Source: an uncultured Pirellulales bacterium (lineage in GTDB: Bacteria > Planctomycetota > Phycisphaerae > Sedimentisphaerales > Anaerobacaceae). From it: a stretch of 64,000 bases of DNA. The position numbers and the translations under genes are program-made. The DNA is taken from assembly GCA_964514115.1 (NCBI GenBank), contig CAZEPI010000011.1, positions 7,443 through 71,442 of the forward strand. The letters are read 5' to 3'. The notes beneath the pieces were generated by a model. That model saw only the letters and a program-made list of their open reading frames with translations, did no database searches and had not been told where the DNA came from. Positions 35,179-44,451 of the stretch are shown here, in pieces. Position 1 is the first letter of the stretch. Each line of letters starts with the position of its first letter.

Positions 35179-35967
35179 TTAGTGTTTCAGATATTCGAGC
35201 GTCTTGCGCAGTGACTCTTTGTGGTCGAAGCTCGGCTCGTATTCGAGGCCGAATATGCCTTTGTAATCAAGTTTCTCGATTTGGCTCAGCACAAACGGGT
35301 AGTCCGTCTCGCCGTTGTAAAGTTCATGCCTTCCGGGCACACCTGCCGAATGAAAGTGCCCTATCACGTCGAGATTGCCTTCTATGTGTTTGACCAGGTC
35401 GCCCTCCATAATCTGCATGTGGTAGCAGTCGAATAGCATCTTCATTCGCCTGGTACCGATTTTCCGGCAGATATTGGCGCCAAGGTCGCTGCTTGTAAGA
35501 AAGTATCCGGGATGGTCGTATCTGTCGTTCAGGGGTTCGAGCAGAAGTGTCACGCCGGCTTTCTCTGCCATCTCAACGGTGGCCTTTAGTCCATCCATTA
35601 CCGATTGCAGCATCTGTTCGCGATTCATTCCTTCGACAACATTGGCCGTGCAGACAATGGTGGCGGGGATATTCGCCTCTTTTGTGAAGTCGATGGTCAT
35701 CTTCGCCCGCTCGAGCCACTGGTCTCTGTTGGCCGGGTCGGTCAGGCCACCGCCAATCGAGCCATCAGGCGCGCCGATGACCGTATTGGTAATCGTGACC
35801 TTGTTGTCCGCAGCGATTTTGGCCAGCTCGTCCGGCTTTCCTTTGAAGCTCATATCCACAAACCACATCTCAACGTTCTTAAAACCCAGCTCAACCGCTC
35901 TTTTAACTCTCTGCTCAAAAGGCAATTCCGCAAAGGCCATCTCGATACACAGTCCGAACTCCATCAC
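35179..35967 (-). CDS. hydroxypyruvate isomerase-like / xylose-isomerase-fold TIM-barrel protein
   Basis: The N-terminus FGLCIEMAFAELPFEQRVKRAVELGFKNVEMW and the 262-aa length are typical of the Hyi family. Confidence 0.75.
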   Translation of the reverse strand: MMEFGLCIEMAFAELPFEQRVKRAVELGFKNVEMWFVDMSFKGKPDELAKIAADNKVTITNTVIGAPDGSIGGGLTDPANRDQWLERAKMTIDFTKEANIPATIVCTANVVEGMNREQMLQSVMDGLKATVEMAEKAGVTLLLEPLNDRYDHPGYFLTSSDLGANICRKIGTRRMKMLFDCYHMQIMEGDLVKHIEGNLDVIGHFHSAGVPGRHELYNGETDYPFVLSQIEKLDYKGIFGLEYEPSFDHKESLRKTLEYLKH

Positions 35968-35994
35968 GAGTCTCCTTAGATATAAACCATCCTG

Positions 35995-37320
35995 TTATTT
36001 GAGCAAGGCCAGAAGGACTTTGTTGATTCCAAGAGCAATGGCGTCACAATCTGCATTTGAGTAATTGTAGTTAATATCAACCATTATCGCACGGCTCAGC
36101 AAATCGAGCGTTCGGGGACACATATCACGCGAATATTTGGGCAGCTCATTCTCCGGAACCGCGCTCCACGGCAGACCATCTCCGGCAACAGTTTTTTTGT
36201 CTAAGATATGCTCCCAGTAGTAGTAGATGTGCCAGTCTCTAACCTTTGAGTCGTATATGCCGCCTGCGGGGACACCCTCGGCCTGCATCGCCTCGATTGC
36301 TTTTCGGGTCACGTCGGCATCAGGCAGAAACATCACAAGACAAATAGCTGTGTCACCGGCCGGGTCGGTAAGCCGGCGGAAATCCAAACCCTTGAAACCC
36401 TCGATTTGCTCCTTAATCCTCTTCTTGGCCTTGCGATAGCCGGCCAGCATCATCTCGGTCTTGCGAATCTGCGCCAAAGCGACCGCACCAGCCAGCTCGC
36501 CCATTCGATAATTCTCCCCGCAGAAAAGCTCACCTTCCCTTCGCTCCTTTGCAAATCGGTCGGGCCGCCAGCAGGCCGCGCAGTCGTGCCAGCTCTGTGC
36601 GCGCGTGTAAAGCCACTCATCATCGGTCGTGACAAATCCGCCCTCGCCACTGACGATGACCTTGTAGTAGTCGAAACTAAAACAACCGATAGTGCCAATA
36701 CTGCCTAATAGCTTGCCGCCGAAGGAGCCGCCGCCCGCCTGGGCGGTATCCTCTATTACCGGTATGCCTTTTTTATTGGCCAAAGCCATAATCGCATCCA
36801 TCTGGGCCGGCGCGCCACGCATGTGAACAGGGACGATGGCCTTTGTCCGCTTTGTTATCGCCGGCTCAATCGCCGCAGGGTCCAGGTTCAGGGTTTCGTC
36901 TATATCCACGATTACCGGAATCGCATTGCTCGACGCAACCGTCGCGGAGGTGGCAAAAAACGTATATGCGGGCACAATCACCTCGTCGCCCGCCCCTATT
37001 CCCAGCGCCCTGTAGCTCGCCACGAGCGCCGACGTGCACGAGTTGACTGCAAGGCAGTATTTCGTCCCAATGAGCTCGCGCATTGCCGCCTCTGCTGCCT
37101 CAACCTTGCTCGGCTTGGGATTATAGTACCGAAACAGGTGCGGCCCTTTCACTTCGGACTCGTTCTCGATTAACTGCTTTAGTGTTTGCTCTGTTTCGGG
37201 GCCCAACTCCCACATGCTTAGAATCTCGAGAAGCTCTTCGGTGCCTATCTTGGTGGGAAAGGGCCCAAGCTGCCCTGCTGCCTTTGGCCCACCGTCAATC
37301 GCCAGTTTCTGCTCACTCAC
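35995..37320 (-). CDS. DegT/DnrJ/EryC1/StrS family PLP-dependent aminotransferase
   Basis: The block LAVNSCTSALVASYRALGIGAGDEVIVPAYTFFATSATV and the later FSFDYYK (Lys-containing) motif are present. Confidence 0.85.
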   Translation of the reverse strand: MSEQKLAIDGGPKAAGQLGPFPTKIGTEELLEILSMWELGPETEQTLKQLIENESEVKGPHLFRYYNPKPSKVEAAEAAMRELIGTKYCLAVNSCTSALVASYRALGIGAGDEVIVPAYTFFATSATVASSNAIPVIVDIDETLNLDPAAIEPAITKRTKAIVPVHMRGAPAQMDAIMALANKKGIPVIEDTAQAGGGSFGGKLLGSIGTIGCFSFDYYKVIVSGEGGFVTTDDEWLYTRAQSWHDCAACWRPDRFAKERREGELFCGENYRMGELAGAVALAQIRKTEMMLAGYRKAKKRIKEQIEGFKGLDFRRLTDPAGDTAICLVMFLPDADVTRKAIEAMQAEGVPAGGIYDSKVRDWHIYYYWEHILDKKTVAGDGLPWSAVPENELPKYSRDMCPRTLDLLSRAIMVDINYNYSNADCDAIALGINKVLLALLK

Positions 37321-37353
37321 TTGCTATTCCTTTCCAAAAGATACGTCTGTCTA

Positions 37354-40300
37354 TCAATACGATATAACAACATCGAGGTGTTCGTCGTCCGCCGGCAATA
37401 TGACTGCTTCCCTCTGGTCATCCCACTCTTGCCAGTTGCGCCCGTTTACCTCCACACTCTTGATGGACCGCTCGAACGGGTCGCGAACAAACAGGACAAC
37501 TTTTTCCGGCCGTCTCCGCGTCGGCAGCTTAATTTTGGCCTCTATAGTGTTCGCCTTGTCCCCGTGGCCCATAACGTATGCAACCTTTCCGAACATCGTC
37601 TCAATTCCATAGACCTCGACCTTCCTGCCGGGCTCCAGCCATTGTCTCGGTGTGCCCGCCGCAAGCCACAGCTCATTGCCGACCTCAATCGCCAGCATGT
37701 CACAGACGCGATTGACAAAACGCGCCTCGTCGGGAATTTTGTACATCGGCCCGCTGCCAATACCCCATCGGCGGTACTCCTCCGTAAAGGCCGTCACGTC
37801 CGGGTACAGGCAGGATGTCATCGCATTATAGATATTTCTGATTGCCGCGGGAATCTCGTTTCGCAGCAGGTATGCCTGGATGGGATTCTGGAGGTTCGGC
37901 TGAAAAACCATCCCTCCCCTGCTGAACCAGTATTCATCGTCCACCACGCCGTGGATATGCTGGCCAAGTGAGCTGGACAAGGTGATGTTGTCTTCCCAGT
38001 CGTCGAGAATCGCATCAGACAGCGGGTCGTGCGGGTCAAGGACGGCGGTGGTTATGAGAATCATAGGGCCGTAAAGGACTTCGCGCGTAGCCGACAGCCG
38101 GAAGGTAAGCAAAGTGTGCTCGCCATACCGGCTGTAGTATCCCGAACGCAACGGCCCGAAATAGCGAAACCGCTGGTCCACCCTTGAGGGTACGAACGGG
38201 ACGTAGATGTTATTCCGCAGTCGCACGACCGGTGCAAGCTCACTCGTGCGTTTAACCGCCGTTCTCAAATCCTCGATGTAGGCGTCGGCCTCTTGTGCCA
38301 GCCGCTCGGCATCAGCCAGACCGGCCTGTCTAAAGGCCTCGGCCGTACTTTTTAGCCCCAACCACGCATACGCATTGTTGGCAAACCAGAAACCCCAGTC
38401 GTCGTTGTCTTCCAGCCGCCCTGCAGGGAGCAGGCCGTACTGGATAACCCGCTTTCCGTTGTCATCGGCGAGTTTTGTTGTGTTGCGCTGTTCAGTAATC
38501 CAGTCAGCCGCCTGAAGCATCTTCGGCGCTGCACGCCCAAGCCACTCAGCGTCACCTGACATCAGATAGTGCTGCGCCAGCCCCCAGAGCACCGTGCCGT
38601 GGTCGAGATTGTAAGGTCCCATCGTGTAATTGTAATCTTTGTCAACTCGCGTGCCGTGCAAGACCGCCTCCTGCCTGCCCCTGAAGGTCCCCGGCATCGG
38701 CACTGAGCCCTGAAGCTCGAGAAACGTCTGGAGATAGTGAGCGGCTGTTTCGTGGTCGCCAATCCTGTCCAGGAAAATCGTCTGAAATGCAGACTCGTTT
38801 GCAAAGACCTGATAACCAAAGGTAGCGGCGGGAACCATAAACAGACCACTGTTGGGGTCTTTTGTTGTGCTCATTCGGATGTGGCACATAACCGACTTTG
38901 ACATATTGTTGAACATTCTCTCCGGCACGTCGAACGGCTTGAAGCGGTTGACGATGTCGCGCCAGTAGGCCGTTACGCGCCGGTGCTCTGTGTTGTAGTC
39001 TAAGTCGGCGATATCGGCCTCGTCCGCCTCAGTCAGGTCACCAACGAACGGGACGGCAAGGTACATAACCGCCGATTGGTGAGCCGGAACGGGAAGTGCG
39101 TGATGTACCGCCTCTTTTTCAATCCTTGCAACCGTGCCTGTGGGTGTCTTTACGTGTGCCCGCACAAACGCCCTGTCACGTATTGTGTCCATCACAAAAT
39201 CATCTTGCAGCCGTATCCTGTCAAGCCGGTCGGGCCGCAGCCAAACATGCGCAGTCCTTGCTTCGTCGGTAGGATTCGAGACATTCAGCTTGAGCATCAG
39301 AATCGCCGGCGTCTGCTCGCTTCTTCGTGAATCATACGGTGACAGAGGCCCCTCGAGCAGAGTCACGAATGCCTCCTCGTGGAAATTGAGTTTCTCGTGG
39401 TTCCATCGCACAATCGGCACAGGCAAATAATCGCTCAGAACCGACATCTGTGATGTCACGTCGTTACGGTCATATACCGGTTTCTTGCCCGTCCCGATGT
39501 ACCAGTGCAGTTCGGCCCCTTCCCAGTTACAACGAGCTAACTCTTTACCCTTTGCCTTGGCTCCATGCTTATTCATAAAAAACCCGCCGCCCCACTCCAC
39601 CGCAAATTTTTGCCAGCTTGCGTCGGCTGCGATGGGAAGATAGAGCCGGCCCCCGTCTTCTCTGAGTATAACGTCCAGTGGCGGAATCTCCTTGCGTGCT
39701 CGGTCGTATGTCTGCTCCGGCTCAGCCCGCAGCTTCTCGCGGACGGTTTTGCCCTTCGTCACATCGGCGTCGGCATACGCAACAGAGTCGTCGGCCCTGG
39801 TTACGAAGACCGAATATGCCGGGATGTAGATGGGCCCTTGTTCCAGGTCATCTACCAAGAATGAAAATGTCCCTTCGCCTGAACGAACCGTGACGATTGT
39901 AAGGTCGTTTGAACCCGGCAACCTTGGCTTTGCCACTCTAAGCTCTGCCGTGATGCCCTTCGGCTTTGCGGTTAGTTCTATCTGCCAGGAATTGTCCGAC
40001 AGCGCTTTGTCCCGAGTGTCCCATCTCCAGCCGGAAATCTTCTCAACATAGCCGTTGAAAACTTCAAGCTGACCGGCGACAATGCCGTTACCCGGCTTAT
40101 CACAGCCAAATTCGATACGTATGGATAACTTCTCTTCCTTCGCCGGTGAATAGACCTTCAGGGACGAAATGGCGGGCGGCTTCTGGTTATAAAACGCCCT
40201 GACTTTAAGAGTCCGCCTGTAATCCACCGGTTTGGGCAAATTGCCGGCGCGTTTGTTTTCGTCTTTGCTCAAGGGCAGAAAACTGTAAGTTACTTTCTTT

Positions 40301-40767
40301 CCTTCTATTTTGAAATCAGTCTGTGCGGTCAGCCATCTTCCCTGCCAGGGGTCATCGACGTTGTCTTCTATGGTATGCCGGCTGGGTGACTCGCCCGGCC
40401 AGGTCCTGAACCAGTATTGCACCTCTGTCGCCTCGGCTAACTGTTTTGAAACCTCTTCATCATAGGCAATCTCGATACCGCAGATGTCTCGCTCTTCCTT
40501 CCACGCTATGCCGATATTCCACTCTTCACGCGCCGACTGCGGCACGTCTATTCGTCTGTCGCCACCTGCTGTTTTCATGCTTTGACCCAGAGGCCCAATC
40601 TCGCGCCACCGGTCACCGGCCGGCGTCATACCCCAGTAGAGCAAATCGCCGAACGGCGCGATATCCCACGTATGTCCGGTCCCGCCGCCGGCGCTAATCG
40701 ACAGCCCCAGCATCACCGCACAAATAGCGACTGCTGTTCGCGTAATTCCTGACGATGTTCGATTCAT
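37354..40767 (-). CDS. large secreted protein of unknown function (possible six-hairpin glycosidase-like C-terminal half)
   Basis: 1137 aa with a signal peptide. The region LLPAGRLEDNDDWGFWFANNAYAWLGLKSTAEAF is similar in style to 2933..4264. No family is recognised. Confidence 0.6.
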   Translation of the reverse strand: MNRTSSGITRTAVAICAVMLGLSISAGGGTGHTWDIAPFGDLLYWGMTPAGDRWREIGPLGQSMKTAGGDRRIDVPQSAREEWNIGIAWKEERDICGIEIAYDEEVSKQLAEATEVQYWFRTWPGESPSRHTIEDNVDDPWQGRWLTAQTDFKIEGKKVTYSFLPLSKDENKRAGNLPKPVDYRRTLKVRAFYNQKPPAISSLKVYSPAKEEKLSIRIEFGCDKPGNGIVAGQLEVFNGYVEKISGWRWDTRDKALSDNSWQIELTAKPKGITAELRVAKPRLPGSNDLTIVTVRSGEGTFSFLVDDLEQGPIYIPAYSVFVTRADDSVAYADADVTKGKTVREKLRAEPEQTYDRARKEIPPLDVILREDGGRLYLPIAADASWQKFAVEWGGGFFMNKHGAKAKGKELARCNWEGAELHWYIGTGKKPVYDRNDVTSQMSVLSDYLPVPIVRWNHEKLNFHEEAFVTLLEGPLSPYDSRRSEQTPAILMLKLNVSNPTDEARTAHVWLRPDRLDRIRLQDDFVMDTIRDRAFVRAHVKTPTGTVARIEKEAVHHALPVPAHQSAVMYLAVPFVGDLTEADEADIADLDYNTEHRRVTAYWRDIVNRFKPFDVPERMFNNMSKSVMCHIRMSTTKDPNSGLFMVPAATFGYQVFANESAFQTIFLDRIGDHETAAHYLQTFLELQGSVPMPGTFRGRQEAVLHGTRVDKDYNYTMGPYNLDHGTVLWGLAQHYLMSGDAEWLGRAAPKMLQAADWITEQRNTTKLADDNGKRVIQYGLLPAGRLEDNDDWGFWFANNAYAWLGLKSTAEAFRQAGLADAERLAQEADAYIEDLRTAVKRTSELAPVVRLRNNIYVPFVPSRVDQRFRYFGPLRSGYYSRYGEHTLLTFRLSATREVLYGPMILITTAVLDPHDPLSDAILDDWEDNITLSSSLGQHIHGVVDDEYWFSRGGMVFQPNLQNPIQAYLLRNEIPAAIRNIYNAMTSCLYPDVTAFTEEYRRWGIGSGPMYKIPDEARFVNRVCDMLAIEVGNELWLAAGTPRQWLEPGRKVEVYGIETMFGKVAYVMGHGDKANTIEAKIKLPTRRRPEKVVLFVRDPFERSIKSVEVNGRNWQEWDDQREAVILPADDEHLDVVISY

Positions 40768-40829
40768 AATTTCCTCCGGGTTCTCATTCCTGGCTTTAGT
40801 GTCTATTTTGTCCAGCCCTTCATTTCACG

Positions 40830-41384
40830 CTAATACTTGGGCGGGTGCATCACGGTTATCTGTTTGATTGTTCGCTTGCCTAAATTGACAAGCCGGTGCT
40901 TCAATCCCGCTTTGATGTAGAAGGCATCACCCTTTCTGACCACCCAAGCGCCTTGTCCCTCTATTTCCAGGCGGGCGGGCCCACCCGAAAAAATCACCCC
41001 GCCCACGTCGCAGTCATGAACTTCCCACTCCGCTCCTGATTCGCCCGGGTCAATCGATTCGTCAACCATCTGAAACCGCATGTCCCCTCGCTTCGGCAGC
41101 AGGAACGCGTACTCTCTGTGGGCATCGGCCGCTGAGCGCATGTCCCTACGATAGAAAACCGCCTCGCTTGCCGGCTCCGGCGAGTTCGTGAAAAACTCTG
41201 CAAAGTCAGTGCCGAGCGCCTTGAGGATTTTATGCAGAGTGGCCAGCGTAGGGCTGCTTCGTCCTTTTTCAATGGCCGTCAGCGCCGCTGGCGACATTTC
41301 TGCCAGCCGGCTCAGCTCACGCAGCCCGATGCCCGCCTTTAGCCGGACCCTGCGAAGTGATTGGCCAAAACCTTCGGCTCTCAT
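40830..41384 (-). CDS. XRE-family HTH transcriptional regulator with C-terminal cupin domain
   Basis: The HTH_3 region is LRRVRLKAGIGLRELSRLAEMSPAALTAIEKGRSSPTLATLHKILKALG. The cupin-like C-terminus contains GDAFYIKAGLKHRLVN. Confidence 0.85.
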   Translation of the reverse strand: MRAEGFGQSLRRVRLKAGIGLRELSRLAEMSPAALTAIEKGRSSPTLATLHKILKALGTDFAEFFTNSPEPASEAVFYRRDMRSAADAHREYAFLLPKRGDMRFQMVDESIDPGESGAEWEVHDCDVGGVIFSGGPARLEIEGQGAWVVRKGDAFYIKAGLKHRLVNLGKRTIKQITVMHPPKY

Positions 41385-41622
41385 ACCCGCGTAATCTCCA
41401 TCGTGCGTTCTCTATTACGAACGTATGTTACTAAATACTATAACAAGGGGCGCACAGGCATGTCAATACCCGGTTGCTCTGGATTTGCGGACTGCAGAAG
41501 AAAAAAGCTTCTTTTCGGTACGGGAAAACCCACGTCTCGCTGTGATTGCAACGGACCGACATCTACTGTGCGTCCCGTAAGTGTGGATGCGCACGGCTTT
41601 TACGAAAATGCCTCACGGCAGA

Positions 41623-41642
41623 AATGGAGGCGGGGGATTCGA
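41623..41642 (-). repeat. inverted att-like copy of the tmRNA 3' end
   Basis: AATGGAGGCGGGGGATTCGA equals the reverse complement of tmRNA 6003-6023, apart from one missing G in the homopolymer (20 matches, 1 gap). Confidence 0.65.
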
Positions 41643-41733
41643 GAGAACAACCCGATATCGACCCTAATAAAACTATCTTCAGCTTCGAGTCCTCATAACC
41701 ACACCCTTTTCACCTGTAACCGACCGGTTACAC

Positions 41734-43224
41734 TCAAACGTTATTCGGAACGATGTAGGGGCGGCGGTAATCTCTTGTGAGCATTTTGTCGGCGGTCCAG
41801 TCGTCGATGAACTTTTCAGCTTTGGGGTTGAAGGATACTTGTCGGCCCAGCCGGTACGAGATGTTTGCGAGGTGCGGCAGGACGGTGGAGCGGAAGCCGA
41901 CTTCGATGTCGCAGGTTAGGTCTTCTTTCTTTCCGCTGCGAAGGGCGTAGATGAAGTTCTCGTAGTGCCCCTCGCCGCCTGTGCCTTTGATATTCATTGG
42001 GTCTGCGGCTTCTTCTGCGGTCTCGGAAGATGGTCCGGGCTCGTTTTTTCTGCCGAAGTAAGTCTTCCAGGTGGTGCCGTTGACGTACATCCAGCCCTCG
42101 GAGCCGTAGAAGATGTTTCCGACGGCGATGCCGTCCTGTATTTTTTTGACGGCGTCTTGGTCTTCGATAGGTGCGAACATAGCCGCTTCATCGTTGGTGT
42201 AAACGCCTCGCACTTCGAATTGCAAGATGGCGCCGTCGGCGTATTTGAAAGTAGCGGTCTGGGTGTTGGGTGTCTGCTGGTCGGAATCGAAGGCAAAGTA
42301 TCCGCCCGAAGAGAAGGCCTTGAGGGGGTGCGTGTTTTTGTTCAGTCCCCATCTTGCGACGTCGAACTGGTGCGGGCCCTGGTTTCCGATGTCGCCGTTG
42401 CCGTAGTCCCAGTTCCAGTGCCAGTTGTAGTGGAATCGGTTGTAGTTGAAGGGTTTTTTGGGGGCCGGTCCCGTCCAGAGGTCGTAATCAACGCGACTGA
42501 GGTAATCGGCGTCGTAGTTGTCGCCGGGGTTGTTCCAGACAAAGTATCTGTATCTTTCGCCGGTGCCGATTCCGTCGGGCACTTTTCCGATGGAGTCGCG
42601 GGGCTTGAAGCACAGTCCCCTTGCCATATAGACGCGGCCTATGCCGCCTTCGTGGAGGAACTGCATCGCCTGGCGGACGTTTCTGATGGAGCGGTTCTGG
42701 AATCCGACCTGGACGAGGCAGTTGTATTTTCTTGCGGCCTCGACCATTTTTCTGCCTTCGAAGATGTTATACGAGCAGGGTTTTTCAACGTAGACGTGTT
42801 TTCCGGCCTGGCAGGCCCAGATGGTGGCCAGCGCGTGCCAGTGGTTGGGCGTGGCGATGGTGACGGCGTCGATGTCCTTGTCGTCGAAGACCCTGCGAAG
42901 ATCCTGCTCGTAAAGCGGTGCGACCCCGGCTATGTCGGCGATTGTCTTCGCACGAGAGCCGAAGAGGTTTTCGTCCACGTCGCAGAGGGTTCTGATTCGG
43001 ACATTATCGATTTTTGCGAATCCCTCTGCATGAGCCATGCCCTGGCCGTGGATGCCGATGACGCCGAGGTTGATTGTTTCGTTGGCGCCGAGGATTTTTG
43101 CCTTCGGCCGCTGTGTGGCGGTTGGTGCGCAGGAGGCCAGGGCGGTGGCGGCGAGGGCGCCGGCGGCGAATTGGGTGGACTTGCCGAGCAAATCACGGCG
43201 GGATATTTTTGCTTTTTCAGACAT
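41734..43224 (-). CDS. Tat-exported Gfo/Idh/MocA family oxidoreductase
   Basis: Tat signal SRRDLLGKSTQFAAGALAA. The Rossmann start is INLGVIGIHGQGMAHAEGF. Confidence 0.85.
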   Translation of the reverse strand: MSEKAKISRRDLLGKSTQFAAGALAATALASCAPTATQRPKAKILGANETINLGVIGIHGQGMAHAEGFAKIDNVRIRTLCDVDENLFGSRAKTIADIAGVAPLYEQDLRRVFDDKDIDAVTIATPNHWHALATIWACQAGKHVYVEKPCSYNIFEGRKMVEAARKYNCLVQVGFQNRSIRNVRQAMQFLHEGGIGRVYMARGLCFKPRDSIGKVPDGIGTGERYRYFVWNNPGDNYDADYLSRVDYDLWTGPAPKKPFNYNRFHYNWHWNWDYGNGDIGNQGPHQFDVARWGLNKNTHPLKAFSSGGYFAFDSDQQTPNTQTATFKYADGAILQFEVRGVYTNDEAAMFAPIEDQDAVKKIQDGIAVGNIFYGSEGWMYVNGTTWKTYFGRKNEPGPSSETAEEAADPMNIKGTGGEGHYENFIYALRSGKKEDLTCDIEVGFRSTVLPHLANISYRLGRQVSFNPKAEKFIDDWTADKMLTRDYRRPYIVPNNV

Positions 43225-43362
43225 TTTGGCTTTCTCCTTAAATTTTGGTGTCTGGGATTTTTCTGTTGAACGTTTAGCCGTGGTGCGTTGTCGTGGTGCA
43301 CCTTAATAGCGCTATGCTAACGGGCTGAGGTGCGTTGTCAAAGGAAAATCGGGCAGGTTGCG

Positions 43363-44274
43363 TCAGGTGGTGGTTTGTGCGTTTTGGAGCATCTGTTCGA
43401 AGATTGCCCTTTGTTCAATGAGGGCCTTTATACGGTCGGGCGGCTGGGTCCTTGCCTCGAGTAGTATCCAGCCGGCGTAGTTGATTTTGACGAAGAGGTC
43501 GATGAGCCGCTGGTACGGGTAGTCGCCGATGCTTAGCTCGCGGACGTGGACGGTTTGGCCGAGGCGGTCTTTGACGAGGTTAAGGTTGTATTCGAGACCC
43601 CGGCCGTCGAGGTCCTGAGGATTTGAATTCCAGCAGATGCCGATGTTGGGTTCTGTGACGTGGTCGAAGATTTGCTTGATGACGGGCAGCTTCTGAGTTT
43701 TTTCGCCGTGGACTTCGAGGCGTATTTCCTGGTCGAAGTCGCGGGCGAATCTGCCAAGCTTGTTTAGAGAGCGGCCGAGTTGCTCGATGGTCTTTTCGAC
43801 GGGGACGCCTTCGGGCAGGGTGTTGGGTTTTACCTTGACGCCGGAGGCGCCGACATCGTAGGAGAGGCGGACGTATTGCTTTGCCTGCTCGATGTTCTGT
43901 CGGAGCTTGGTCAGGTCTGGACTGTGGAATTCGAAGTTGGTGCCGAGGCCGACGAGTGTGACGGGGCTGTCGTCGAATTGTTTTTTGACGTTTTCTCGCT
44001 GCCGGGCGTTCAGGTGGGCTTCGACGCCGTGAGCGTGCTCGGTTCGCAGCTCGACGCCGAGGACGTTTGTTTTCTGGCAGTTTGCGATGAGTGTGGGCAG
44101 GGGCCAGTCCCGTCCCCAGAGGTATGTGACGAGGCCGAAGCGCATCTTCGAGCCGCACTTTGCGGCGGTCAGCGGCGATGTTGAACAGGAGGTCAGTGCT
44201 GTTGCGCAAGCCAGGCCGGCGGTGGTGGATAGTGAGCGATAAAGAAATTGGCGACGTGACAGTTCGGATGACAT
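43363..44274 (-). CDS. Tat-exported sugar phosphate isomerase/epimerase (xylose-isomerase-fold TIM barrel)
   Basis: Tat signal SRRQFLYRSLSTTAGLACA. The pattern RFGLVTYLWGRDW...GVELR is typical of AP_endonuc_2. Confidence 0.8.
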   Translation of the reverse strand: MSSELSRRQFLYRSLSTTAGLACATALTSCSTSPLTAAKCGSKMRFGLVTYLWGRDWPLPTLIANCQKTNVLGVELRTEHAHGVEAHLNARQRENVKKQFDDSPVTLVGLGTNFEFHSPDLTKLRQNIEQAKQYVRLSYDVGASGVKVKPNTLPEGVPVEKTIEQLGRSLNKLGRFARDFDQEIRLEVHGEKTQKLPVIKQIFDHVTEPNIGICWNSNPQDLDGRGLEYNLNLVKDRLGQTVHVRELSIGDYPYQRLIDLFVKINYAGWILLEARTQPPDRIKALIEQRAIFEQMLQNAQTTT

Positions 44275-44451
44275 TTCAGTTTCTCCTTAAATTACGGATA
44301 AGATAAGCCATCTCAGCAGATTGTGCAATGGGCGTGAAGAGCAAAGCACAGAAGGTTGGTTTTTGATTGACAAAAGGCGCTATCCTGCGAGAATAGTGGC
44401 GTGTTGGCAGTGACGCAAACAGTAGCAGGCAAAAGTGGTATCGAATGAGGA

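Noticed and set aside
41716-41731. The imperfect palindrome GTAACC-GACC-GGTTAC just downstream of the oxidoreductase gene, as a possible terminator.
   Set aside because: It has only a 6-bp stem and no following T-run on the relevant strand. That is too weak to call.
41965-43269. A 434-aa ORF antisense to the Gfo/Idh/MocA gene. Similar long antisense or out-of-frame ORFs occur elsewhere (e.g. 20362..21303, 16868..17767, 43580..44209, 55043..55633, 52771..53274, 46025..46666).
   Set aside because: Their translations are low-complexity (rich in R, P, A, G, V). They lie opposite or out of frame to ORFs with unmistakable family motifs. These are typical shadow ORFs of GC-rich coding DNA.
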